DNA from: Octopus bimaculoides
Lineage: Eukaryota
Length of the DNA: 64,000 nucleotides
Assembly (NCBI RefSeq): GCF_001194135.2
Contig: NC_068981.1
Location: 123,889,713 to 123,953,712, forward strand
Direction: 5' to 3'
Below the pieces are notes generated by a model, which saw only the letters and a list, made by a program, of their open reading frames with translations, ran no database searches and was not told where the DNA came from. Shown in pieces: positions 1 through 11,755 of this stretch (its first letter is position 1; every line of letters starts with the position of its first letter). A program made the translations under genes and the position numbers.

Positions 1-42
<42 letters not shown>

Positions 43-135
43 TGTATGTGTATGTATGTATGTATGTATGTATGTATGTATGTATGTATGTATGTATGTA
101 TGCATATATATGTATGTGTGTGTGTATATATATAT
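1..135. repeat. (TA)n/(TATG)n compound microsatellite
   Basis: Direct reading of the sequence. Confidence 0.95.
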
Positions 136-1139
136 GTCTATGTGGAATTTTGAATTTAGTTAACGGACTCTTAATACACCCCGGTTGGGAATTACTGGTT
201 TAGACTGTACTTGCCTGTGTGATGGCTGTTATCCTTCATGCATACGCAGTACTGTTAGAGTGGACAAATGTATGTTATAGCTAGTCAAAACCGAAATAAT
301 TACTGGTCGTAGGAAAGGTAGTCAGTTTTTGTTATGCAGTCTTACCTATGCAGAGAATGTGTGAACCTCTCGTAGAAATGTATAGGAAGGATAATATTTT
401 TTCGATAAGCGTTATACCTGATGTAAGTGCATTGCAGAGTGTAGTACTTGTTTTGTGATCTTAACTGATGCTAATCAGCGCAGTAACTGCTAATTGTTGC
501 GCATTTTTGAGGCAGACAATCACAAAATAATATTTGTGATACATCACAGCAAAAATAGGTATTTATACTCGTTCGTAGATTGAGTAGGGTGACACTTCTC
601 AGTTACGATATTTCCTTTATATTCTTATGCCTTTTATAAACAGTTCTCACTTTACCCAACCGTTATTTAGTAAGTAATGTAGTGTATAAAGTTAATTGGA
701 GGAATCCATTACTGGCTATAGCACTAGTAAGTCCCAAAACCTAGTTTTCGATAAGCGAAAATGTTACGATAGATTATATCCATCCATGAATGAAAACGCC
801 ATTTCTTTACATTGGATTTGTTAAATTTTACTACACCTTTTTAATAACCTTTCTCTCGTTCTTCAACACTAAACACAATGAGATTTCTCTCGACTAGTAC
901 AGAAACAGCGATTCACTCATTGATTCCAACTGCTTTAAGTTAAATATGTAATTAATAAAACTATAGTAACTATTACTGCAGGTTACAATGCTTTTCAACA
1001 TGGCTCTCTCTCTAGCCAGAGGTTAGTCGTATTCAATTGGTAGTCATCTATTTGTGGACTCTCAGGAGTTCACACTTGATTTCAAAGTTATTACACATTT
1101 AGCACAGGTAGTTCCAGATAGCCAATAGGGATTTCGTAA

Positions 1140-1295
1140 CTATTGTCTCATTTACCATTTTCTCCTCTTTTCTTCCAATTCTACGCATCTCTTTATTTTG
1201 AGAGTTGCTATTTCTTCTTGGATGCTGATTAACCACTATTTCTTGTCCTTGCCATTTGTTTCCCAGTTGCTGATGTTCATGAGATCAATAAAAAC
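1140..1295 (-). mobile_element. RTE-clade LINE 3' coding remnant
   Basis: Minus frame MNISNWETNGKDKK*WLISIQEEIATLKIKRCVELEEKRRKW resembles the RTE ORF C-terminus (WE..A.DR..WR...KR.RK). Confidence 0.45.
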
Positions 1296-1375
1296 ATTGT
1301 ATGCACTAACCAGATATTAATATTAGTCACGGCTTGATGGTGTTTGCTTCAATTAAACTAATGTCCTACACATAT

Positions 1376-1378
1376 GTC

Positions 1379-1438
<60 letters not shown>

Positions 1439-1700
1439 CACATATATATGTGTATGTATGTATATATAAATTCTCACAAAACATACATATATATCCAATA
1501 TAAACATAAAAGCTTCTATTCAAGTGTGTGTGTCCATATATATATTTGCAACTACATAAACAAAATAGTATGTATATATCTATATACATGTGTATATGTA
1601 TATGTGTGTGTGTGTGTGTGTGCGCGCGCACATACTATATAAATGTGTGTGAGTGTGTGTGCGTATATATGCATATATGCATGTCAGTTTGTGTATTGTA
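1376..1700. repeat. (TA)n/(TG)n compound microsatellite
   Basis: Direct reading. It explains the YIYI/VCVC ORFs. Confidence 0.95.
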
Positions 1701-2671
1701 TGTATGCATATGTTATATTATGTTTATCTACATGTGTCTATGTTACACCAGTTTTAGCTTTAATGTATTCTTTCGCTATAATTTCTACTTTCAGACATTA
1801 TCTTTTGTTTATTATTGAGCATTCCGAGTGGTTTTATAATTATCAAATACCCTTTTATAAATTGTAACCGCATAAGTTGATATAAGGTTAAACGTTTCCT
1901 TTCTATGCCCAAATACTTCTTTTTCAATATTATTCTCCTTCGAATTATAATTTTGTTCGTACGGTATGGTGTAATTTTTCAGTATCTGTTAAAGAAAGGA
2001 TGCACATGCTCCGTAAAAAACAACATGTAGAACTAATTGAAATATTTTTAAACATCTCTCTATAAGAATTTGGTTCAATATACAACATATGGAGATATGG
2101 ACTAGAACTCACTTGATGCCATCACGTCATACAGTTTTTAACCTTTCAAGAATATGTATATGTGCATATTTATATACATACATACATGTATATATATATA
2201 TATNNNNNNNNNNNNNNNNNNNNNNNNNNNNNNNNNNNNNNNNNNNNNNNNNNNNNNNNNNNNNNNNNNNNNNNNNNNNNNNNNNNNNNNNNNNNNNNNN
2301 NNNNNNNNNNNNNNNNNNNNNNNNNNNNNNNNNNNNNNNNNNNNNNNNNNNNNNNNNNNNNNNNNNNNNNNNNNNNNNNNNNNNNNNNNNNNNNNNNNNN
2401 NNNNNNNNNNNNNNNNNNNNNNNNNNNNNNNNNNNNNNNNNNNNNNNNNNNNNNNNNNNNNNNNNNNNNNNNNNNNNNNNNNNNNNNNNNNNNNNNNNNN
2501 NNNNNNNNNNNNNNNNNNNNNNNNNNNNNNNNNNNNNNNNNNNNNNNNNNNNNNNNNNNNNNNNNNNNNNNNNNNNNNNNNNNNNNNNNNNNNNNNNNNN
2601 NNNNNNNNNNNNNNNNNNNNNNNNNNNNNNNNNNNNNNNNNNNNNNNNNNNNNNNNNNNNNNNNNNNNNNN

Positions 2672-2977
2672 TGTGAGTGTTTATTGAACGAAAACACCTA
2701 AAAGCTCCACGAGGCTCCGGCAGGGCATGGTGGTGAACCCTGCTGTACTCTTTCACCACAACTTTCTCTCACTCTTACTTCCTGTTTCTGTTGTGCCTGT
2801 AATTCAAAGGGTCAGCCTTGTCACACTGTGTCACGCTGAATATCCCCGAGAACTACGTTAAGGGTACACGTGTCTGTAGAGTGCTCAGCCACTTGCACGT
2901 TAATTTCACGAGCAGGCTGTTCCGTTGATCGGATCAACTGGAACCCTCGACGTCGTAAGCGACGGAGTGCCAACAAC
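2672..2977 (+). mobile_element. SINE body and tail (head lost in gap), composite type
   Basis: 2672-2780 matches the reverse complement of ~61660-61785. 2787-2905 matches the reverse complement of ~38456-38570. Ends ...gacggagtgccaacaac. Confidence 0.75.
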
Positions 2978-3249
2978 ATTGTCGCAAGGAGGTACTTGTC
3001 AACACACGGGTGATTCAATCAGCTTACTGAACTTCGATACAGAAAATATCCACAATCTACCACCGCAATAAACCACTATTGTTCCTGAAAGTTGATTTTT
3101 ATATTTTCTACAGTCTGCACGAAGCAAACCTTCTTCCTGCAATAGATAAAGATATAGATATCTTATTTTGTACTGAGTGCACAAATGCGGCATAGGGTCG
3201 AATGACGTTGATAGATGGATACTGTTTTTACCTAATATAAAAGAACGTG

Positions 3250-3470
3250 TCTTAATCGTTGGACAGCCGTGATTAAAGGATTAGACAGCGAGGAGAATAA
3301 AGTTTGAATACAAGCCTTCTTTGCACTGGTTTATGATAAATTTAGTAAGGGACATCAAAAATCCAAAATGAAAAACTTAAACGCTGGCACTTGGACATCT
3401 CAGACATAAATTACACAATCTCCTATAGACCAGGAACTCAAAACAAAGCAGCAAACGTGCTATCAATATA
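3250..3470 (+). mobile_element. Gypsy LTR-retrotransposon RNase H remnant
   Basis: GTSKIQNEKLKRWHLDISDINYTISYRPGTQNKAANVLS matches the Ty3/Gypsy RNase H end motif RW..ELS.Y.+.I.YRPG..N..AD.LSR. Confidence 0.7.
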
Positions 3471-3929
3471 TGAGGCTGTGTGTAGCTGTGTGTGTATACA
3501 AGTACGCAAATGTATATGTGTGTGGATTCTATATAAAAAGATAGGAAAAAATTTAGTAGCGGATATAATTACAGAAAATATGCAAAATTTTTATTCGAAT
3601 TTCGGTGCGTTATATAAAGTAACCAATGTAGTAGAAAGGAGGAAATTAAATATTTCATATGATTTATAGTTTTAAGTTTTTCAGTTCTATCAGTGGCGAC
3701 ATATCTGTAGGAGATAAGAATGGGAGTGTAACATATCATGAGTATATTCACTTTCTAGGTGATGCTCGTCTGGCAGATTAGAGGACAGGGTGTGTAGCAT
3801 ACGATGTGTATTTACCGTCATTCAGCGCTTTGAGGTCGAATCTCACAGAGATCGTTCTTTTCTTTTTTATGTACCTTTAATCGTTTGTGGGATAATAAAA
3901 TATCAGCAATACATAAATTTTTATTTCAT

Positions 3930-3943
3930 CTTCTCTCTTTCTT

Positions 3944-3980
<37 letters not shown>

Positions 3981-4060
3981 TCTCACACTCTCTTGCTCTT
4001 TCTCACACGCCCTCTCTCTTTCTCTCTTTCTCTCTCATTCTCTCTCTCTCTCTCCCTCTC
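3930..4060. repeat. (CT)n microsatellite
   Basis: Direct reading. Confidence 0.9.
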
Positions 4061-5098
4061 TAGAACATCAATGGTTATGTGACAATATGAAAGATATGTA
4101 GAAATGTAGTTTAATGTTATTTAAATTTCTAAAGCAAGATGAAAATAATCATTTTATGGAAAATTGCNNNNNNNNNNNNNNNNNNNNNNNNNNNNNNNNN
4201 NNNNNNNNNNNNNNNNNNNNNNNNNNNNNNNNNNNNNNNNNNNNNNNNNNNNNNNNNNNNNNNNNNNNNNNNNNNNNNNNNNNNNNNNNNNNNNNNNNNN
4301 NNNNNNNNNNNNNNNNNNNNNNNNNNNNNNNNNNNNNNNNNNNNNNNNNNNNNNNNNNNNNNNNNNNNNNNNNNNNNNNNNNNNNNNNNNNNNNNNNNNN
4401 NNNNNNNNNNNNNNNNNNNNNNNNNNNNNNNNNNNNNNNNNNNNNNNNNNNNNNNNNNNNNNNNNNNNNNNNNNNNNNNNNNNNNNNNNNNNNNNNNNNN
4501 NNNNNNNNNNNNNNNNNNNNNNNNNNNNNNNNNNNNNNNNNNNNNNNNNNNNNNNNNNNNNNNNNNNNNNNNNNNNNNNNNNNNNNNNNNNNNNNNNNNN
4601 NNNNNNNNNNNNNNNNNNNNNNNNNNNNNNNNNNNNNNNNNNNNNNNNNNNNNNNNNNNNNNNNNNNNNNNNNNNNNNNNNNNNNNNNNNNNNNNNNNNN
4701 NNNNNNNNNNNNNNNATAGTTATATATCTAAATATTTAAGTAATATCTTGAATAATACATCCAGCAGATGTTTTCCTTTTCACAACCATCAAAGTATTTC
4801 GTATATGAACCAAAAAAAAATGGAAGTTTAATGTCCCTCGCTTTGGATTCTGCTACTAGAAATATGTGATGTTTCTACTCAGACTCTAAAATATGATCAG
4901 ATTGCTGAATGGTCTGGAAGTGTTCAGATTATTCCTTCACTTCTTACCCCAATCTCAGTAATGATGCCGAAAGAAATATCTATGGAAATGCTTTATATTA
5001 TTTTGTTTTTGTGTTGGTTTTTGTTAACGCTTTCATCACTTCAAAAATTTGAACTTGGTACATTAAGCGGCGATACATTCAAGTTATAAAATAATATT

Positions 5099-5256
5099 CC
5101 TTTCTACTCTAGGCACAAGGCCTGAAATTTTTTGGGTGGGGGCTAGTCGATTAGATCGACCCCAGTACGCAACTGGTACCTAGTTTATCGACCCCGAAAG
5201 GATGAAAGGCAAAGTTGACCTCATCAGAATTTGAACTCAAATCGTAAAGACAGACG
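5099..5256 (-). mobile_element. 5'-truncated tRNA-derived SINE (family A) with 18-bp target site duplication
   Basis: Matches the family repeated across the window (gcctttcatcctttcggggtcgataaa...ggggtcgatctaatcgact on the minus strand). Flanked by aagttataaaataatatt at 5081-5098 and 5257-5274. Confidence 0.85.
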
Positions 5257-5401
5257 AAGTTATAAAATAATATTGCTATTTAAAGTTTAAGCTATTCTAG
5301 TTCGCGGCATCTAATCACGTCTAGGTAGTGTGGGTGTAGACTTAAGTATTTGAATCATAGTTACAGCATTATGTTTGCAAGCCAACTGCCCCGAATAATA
5401 A

Positions 5402-7492
5402 CACTGGTCAACAAAACTTTTTTGAAATGGTGTCGCGACACCAAACATTCTTTTTTTATAGCTAATTTGAGGGCGCTAAATCTGAAAACGACCTTACTTT
5501 TTCTTGGTTAGCACCGTTTTTGCTGTACAGAAATGCCTCATTTTGGGGGGAAAAAAAGCATTTTTTCATTTGTTTTCTTTGTATTTGATATTGATCGATG
5601 GCAATATTTCTCAAAGTAAAATCATAGAAACCTCTCAATTCGTATTTAAACAAACAAATATCGGTCTCTTATTGAGAAAAACTATTTTTGCAATAACAAT
5701 CAGACCACTAAGTCTTTAAGAATAACGCAATTGAATATACCAAGACCAACAAGTATTTTCATCAAATTCTTAAATAAACTAACAACTGAAATAAAACCTT
5801 CGTGAGCATAGGAACTATTGTAAAAATTTTCTCTTTCTTGATTTTCTGTCATGTTCAATGTTATTTAAGTCCCTTTTGATACTCCAGCAGTAGTCAGCCA
5901 TCATTCGTTTGTCCCACCGTCCCTGGTAGCGCTCTTCCATTGTTTTGATATCCTGATGGAATCGTTCTCCTTGCTCATCGCTCACATAACCGCAATTATC
6001 CGGAAATTTATCTAGATGGCTATGTAAAACATGAACCATGATATTCATATTAGCGCCTATGTCCTGTAGACTTTTCAACAGCCTTTCCACTAACTCCTTG
6101 TAGTTTCCGACTCGGCGATTGCCTAAGAAGTTTTTCACCACATCAACAAACGATGTCCAAGCGCGTAATTCCAAGTCATTCATTGAATTAACAAATTGAT
6201 CATCCTTAACGAGTTTCCTGATATCAGGACCATCAAACACTCCTGCTTTGAGTTTTTCGGTGCTAAGTCCTGGAAACGATTTACATACATACTCAAAACA
6301 TTTACTTTTTTTGTCGAGTGATTTTACATACTGTTTCATTAATCCCAATTTGATATGCAAGGGGTGAGGAAGATGATTTTCTTTCTTTCGGAACTAGCGC
6401 CGAACTAATAACGTTCTTTTCACTGACCTTCAACTCTCGGGGTGGCCGATCTTTCCTTTTTCAGTGCTCCTCTGTTGCTCTACTGCCCCACATACACAAA
6501 AAACATGGGAATTTCGTGTAGTCACTTTATTGACCAAGCAGGAAATTTACCATTTTCAAATCGACACATAACACCCGTTTATGTTTGGTGTAGTCAATCT
6601 GTTCCATAACCTGTTTGATGGCAACATGTTTTTCTTTCAGTGTTGTTGAATAACCTATAGGTATTGACGCATACACGTTGGTATTATGGAGCAAAACACA
6701 TTTCAAACTACGTTTTGAACTATCAATGAACAATCTCCATTCATCAGAATCGTATTTGTGGAGGCCTAGACGAAGAAGAACGCTCTCAACGTCATTGCAT
6801 TGAACAAGATCCGTGTTTCTCATTTAAGAATGATACAATTTCGGTATTCCTATTTCGATAGAATGTTACCTTTATGCCTTTTGCTAACAGGTGTTTTTCG
6901 TTGAGCCTAGAGGCTAAAAGTTCTGATGATTCTTTGCTTAGATTTATGTTCCAAACCAAATCAGTCAGCTCATTTTGGGTAAACGGCTCTAGTATGATTT
7001 CGGGAACATTGTCAGGATCGTTTACGCTGTGTCTCTCATTTACATCAGTATCAGATTCGTCACTTCCAACAAGTTTCAACAAATTTTCGTGGAAAACCGG
7101 GATTGGCAAATCATCTAAATTCGGCACTAGTCGAAAAGAGGTATGAAGACTAGGATAGTCGATAGTTTCTTTTGGTTCAGTACCGCAACACTGACTGAGC
7201 AGAAGTAACATTCGTCAGAGTGGATCTTTGGCTCACGCCAGATCATAGGAATAACGAATCTCAGCGATGTTCGGGTACCTGAAGTCCACTGTCTCATGTG
7301 CTCCAAACATGTCTTGCAAACAATGTGAGGGTTCCATGATTTGTCCTGATCACCAAGCTCGACGTGAAAGTAATCACGATTGGCTTTCTTGTAAAAGTCA
7401 GATATCGGTTTCCTGTTGGCTTTCGGTGAGAACTCGTCGCATGTATAGCAAAATAAGTTGGGATCATTTTTGCATTCTCTCGTTGAAGTCAT
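5402..7492 (-). mobile_element. Chapaev3-like (CMC group) DNA transposon with frameshifted transposase pseudogene
   Basis: Four collinear minus ORFs (7127-7492, 6792-7211, 6527-6823, 5815-6360) carry CKNDPNLFCY..C, GDQDKSWNPHIVCKTC, WREPK.HSDECYFC, WRLFIDSSKRSLKCVLLHN, CVDLKMV, FPCFLCMW (in the inter-ORF gap), PLHIKLG and VSDEQGERFHQDI. One terminus begins CACTGGTCAACAAAA at 5402. Family assignment is from motif recall. Confidence 0.8.
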
Positions 7493-7869
7493 GTCATTTG
7501 ATATCTATCTGTATGATTAAAAAAGAACATGAGTTGGTTGAGCATTTACATTACACTTTGCGTGTTCACATTTAGGTAATTTGATCTTTCCTAATGTCCT
7601 ACAGAAAGACTCGTAAAACTGTCAATAAGAAAAGACGGAAAGAGTCACTACGCTGATTCTACTTCGTATCTTTGTAATCCCGCGTGGAGGGCAACTGTTT
7701 GGTGAAACCATTTTCATGATGTTCATCATGTACAATGGAATAGCTACATTCAATTGGGATGTCTTTAGTTGGAGTTTTTTTTTCTAACTGTGAAAACAAA
7801 AGCTCTTAATGTACGTGGTTTCCTTCTGTATTGAAGGGAAACATTTATGAATATTAAACAGATTTTAGG

Positions 7870-8010
7870 GTACATTATTTACATTATTTACATTTGACGG
7901 ATATTTGTCCTCATCTTGTTTGTTGTTTCGGCTGATATACCCTCCAGCCTTCATCAGGTGTCTTGGGGAAATTTCGAACCTGGGTTTTCATTCCTAAAGT
8001 ATTTTTTCGA

Positions 8011-8071
<61 letters not shown>

Positions 8072-8156
8072 ATCACTGCCTGGAATCAAACTGGGAATCT
8101 TGGGGTTAGTAGCCCGCGCTCTTAACCACTATGCCATATGCCCGTGGCATAGTAGT
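7870..8156 (-). mobile_element. Short retroelement: tRNA-like Pol III head, (AAT)n tract, hammerhead-like core
   Basis: Minus strand: A box TGGCATAGTGG (8136-8126), B box GTTTGATTCC (8091-8082), (AAT)n at 8068-8011, then CTGATGA-A-GGCTG-10nt-CAGCC-GAAAC (7957-7925). Confidence 0.7.
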
Positions 8157-8530
8157 NNNNNNNNNNNNNNNNNNNNNNNNNNNNNNNNNNNNNNNNNNNN
8201 NNNNNNNNNNNNNNNNNNNNNNNNNNNNNNNNNNNNNNNNNNNNNNNNNNNNNNNNNNNNNNNNNNNNNNNNNNNNNNNNNNNNNNNNNNNNNNNNNNNN
8301 NNNNNNNNNNNNNNNNNNNNNNNNNNNNNNNNNNNNNNNNNNNNNNNNNNNNNNNNNNNNNNNNNNNNNNNNNNNNNNNNNNNNNNNNNNNNNNNNNNNN
8401 NNNNNNNNNNNNNNNNNNNNNNNNNNNNNNNNNNNNNNNNNNNNNNNNNNNNNNNNNNNNNNNNNNNNNNNNNNNNNNNNNNNNNNNNNNNNNNNNNNNN
8501 NNNNNNNNNNNNNNNNNNNNNNNNNNNNNA

Positions 8531-9688
8531 ATGAATTCTCCATTGTTGTTTACAACTTCCCAACGTTCAACATGATTTTCAATAGCTCATTGGTAGAAAT
8601 CACCCAATTTCGACTTGAAAAATTGATCGAACCAAGCTCTCAATTCTACATCAGTATTGAACGAAACTCCGCGCATAGCATTTGAAAGAGATCGAAAGAG
8701 GTGAAAATCCGTTGGTGCCAAATCAGGAGAGTACGGTGGGTCATATTGGCGATACGAGGGCGGGCGTTGTCGTGCAGCAGAAGAACTCCATGCTGCCGAT
8801 TAGGTCTTTTCTTTTGAATAGCCGTGTTGAGTCGTTCCATCTGTTGAACATAGAGTTCCGCGTTGACCGTTTGGTCCCGTTCAAGCAATTTGTAATGGAT
8901 AATCCCATCCTAGTCCCACCATACGCACAACATCGTTTTACACGGATGAAGATCTTGTTTCACGCGCGGTGTTGCTTGTTTACCGGGACTAAGCCATTCC
9001 TTACGCTGCTTCATATTGATATACAGGCACCATTTTTCGTGGTCAGTAACGATTCGGTAAAGAAATTGTTGCTTGTGTCCATGAGTTGAGCGGTGATGTG
9101 TAAGCAAACCAGCGGAGATTGTGGCTCGTTGATTTTTGTTGTTGTCACTTAAAGCATGCGGTACCCATGCTCCATACTTCTGAACCTTTCCCATCGAGTG
9201 AAGATGCTTCTCTATAGCAGTGTGGGAGCATTCCATTTTCTCTGACAGTTCTCTTGTCGTTTGACGAGAATTTTGGTGCTAAAGTTGGTTTAATCGCTCT
9301 TCATTGAACTCAACTGGACGGCCAGAACGAGGTGCGTTTTAGAGGTCAAAATGTCCATTTTTGAACTTGGCATACCAATCACGAGCGGTTCTTTCAGCTA
9401 TGGCACCCTCTCCATACACAGCAGAAATGTCGCGAGCAGCTTTTGCGGCCCTAGAACCTTGATTAAGAGCAAAAAGAAGGTGTCGAAAATGCTCGTTTTT
9501 CTTAACTTCACATTCCATTTTAATGAAAATAAACAAAAATTAACTAAATTTAACTACATAAAAAACAGAATAGATTCCATAATGATTAAAAAATAGAATT
9601 CTCGAAAAAAATGTAGATTCCAAAATTTAAAACGTAATAAATTCCAAAATTAAAAAAAAACGGTGGGAACTTAGTTGCCAACCCAATA
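8531..9688 (-). mobile_element. mariner (DD34D, Mos1/SETMAR-like) element, degenerate
   Basis: HTH MECEVKKNEHFRHLL..AERTARDWYAKFKNG; WVPHALS; IVTDHEKW; KTMLCVWWD; HDNARP; PYSPDLAPTDFH with a short internal deletion before it. TIR ttgggttggcaactaagttcccaccg at 9661-9686 followed by TA. The other end lies in the gap. Confidence 0.92.
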
Positions 9689-11619
9689 AAAAAATGTTTG
9701 CTGTTATAGGAATTTACGAGTGTTTATTTTAAATATGGCGTAATACATTTTAAAGGAGACTTGGTTGCTATTTTGAGCAATTTAGCAGACTGACTGATTA
9801 TGCAAAAACCTCCCTAGTTGTTCGTAGTTTAAGCGTTTATATGTGTATTTGTGTGTCTGTGCTTACTAGTGAATTATTTTGTCAATCTTATATATATTGC
9901 GTCAACAAGTTCATTAAAAAAGCTTTATGCTTGATTTAGGAAAACAAAATTTAATAAACAGGAAAATACACAGGTACTTATGTTACTTTTCAAACACCTT
10001 TAAAATAGAAGAATTTTTATTTCTAGTAGTAAAATATTTTGAAGGTGTATTTTTTTAGATTTAACTATAAATCAGTAACATTGTGAAGTAAAACTTAAAC
10101 ACTTCTGTAAAAGCTTATGCAATGCTACAGAAATTACTGCATATCTGGTGAGTAGTTGGTTAACTCAAGTTGTTTAGCTCAACTCGTGCCGTAAGTAAAG
10201 CTCCTAGTTATATTTTTCTGAAGCTGATGCAGCTGATCGAAACTGGTAGAGTTGAAGACGCCGAATAATTTAATGTTTAAACATCAATAAGATAAATAAA
10301 TACTTACTGTCATTTTATAAGCCTTTAAATGATATTTTTTATGAGAGACTTTTAGACGACGTTATCAGTATAAATGTACTCCCGATAATTATTGACTCTA
10401 GGGATATGAAAGATTAAGGTCGACACTCGAGGTGGGCTTAAAAATAATATCGCATAGAGATAATGGAATTAGTTAGTTTTTTTTCTTACAACACACGACT
10501 CAATAATTTTAGATATTTTATTCTTTTTAAATAGTAACAATGGCTCTGAATTTTAAGATAAGGAAATTAGTTAAAAGTGCATTTTGCGATATGAAGCCTA
10601 ACAGTGATTTCAACCTGTAAGATAAGATATATTGACGCGTTTGCAAGCTACACTGAAACTTATACTTGTATTTCATCGCTCTGAGCGTCTAATGGAAAGT
10701 GCATTCTTGTGTGAGGAGGCTAGAATATTACAGGCAATATTTCCATAAAGTCTAGTCCTTATTCTTGCCTGTTGTGCAAGTGGTCTCAGTTAAAAACTTT
10801 TGATAAATAGACTGGTTGGTTATCTTATGCTCTTCCGTATCAACACAATCTATATTAGTTTGTCTATACGGCAGTATCTTTGCGGATAAATTGATAATTC
10901 TTAAACCCAAGGAGAGCGCCGTACATAAAAGATATAAGGTACATATTGAAAGGCCAATGTAATTTACAAATGTCACTGGTAGGAGGATTTAAATTTTCTT
11001 TTATCAACTGAGTAGTAATATTTTGGTGCTCATTCTTTTTTCTAATGTTCACATTAATAAATTCGATTTATATCCGATGCTTTGGTGTTCTTCCGATATG
11101 ATGTAATATAAAGCTAAAATAAGCTGATTAATAGTAAAGAAATTCTAATACACTTTATCTGACGCAAATCATCTATAAGGAACGAATATCTGAGAAGATA
11201 ATTTCATACCAATAAAAATACATCAATTGGATTCTCAAGTATTATTTATAAATACAAGAGTATATTAACCGACTGAGGTGGTAAACAATAAAAAGAGCTT
11301 CTGTGTGACTAGAAATTACTTGAGCAATTTACATTCTCTTCTTTCACAGAGATTTATTTGTGTGTGAGTATGGCGTGAAGACTTTAAATGAATGTGTGTG
11401 TGCGTATGTGTATGTGTGCATGTATGTGTGTGTGTGTATGTATGTGCGTTTGTGTGTGTGACCATCTGTGTGTATGTGTGTGAAAATAAGGAATTAGAAA
11501 AAGAGTACGATAGAGAAAGATAATTTAGTTTAATCGCAGTCACTTCACCGTTCTATAACTAGAAGAAGAATTTCATTTCTCAACTTGAAAATGTCAAACA
11601 AAATGCTCTATGCATTTTT

Positions 11620-11755
11620 CAGTTATAAAGATCAGTTCAACCAACGATCAGAGGAATCGACAATCAAGATTTATAGTTTCATTCTTTGAAGGCAAATCAA
11701 ATAAACACACAGAAAAATATTAACTGTTCTCAAGTAAAAATGATCTTTATAACTG
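11620..11755. mobile_element. Candidate 136-bp MITE
   Basis: Perfect 15-bp inverted repeats CAGTTATAAAGATCA (11620-11634) and TGATCTTTATAACTG (11741-11755). TA on the right flank only. Confidence 0.45.

Noticed and set aside
7670-7686. Possible second Chapaev terminus (...GTG at 7686)
   Set aside because: Only weak similarity to the 5402 end, and the flanking 3-mers (TAA vs GAG) do not match as a TSD.
8069-8143. Possible tRNA gene (ACT anticodon-like loop)
   Set aside because: The anticodon, T and acceptor stems pair poorly and an (AAT)n tract follows, so it is treated as a SINE-type head.
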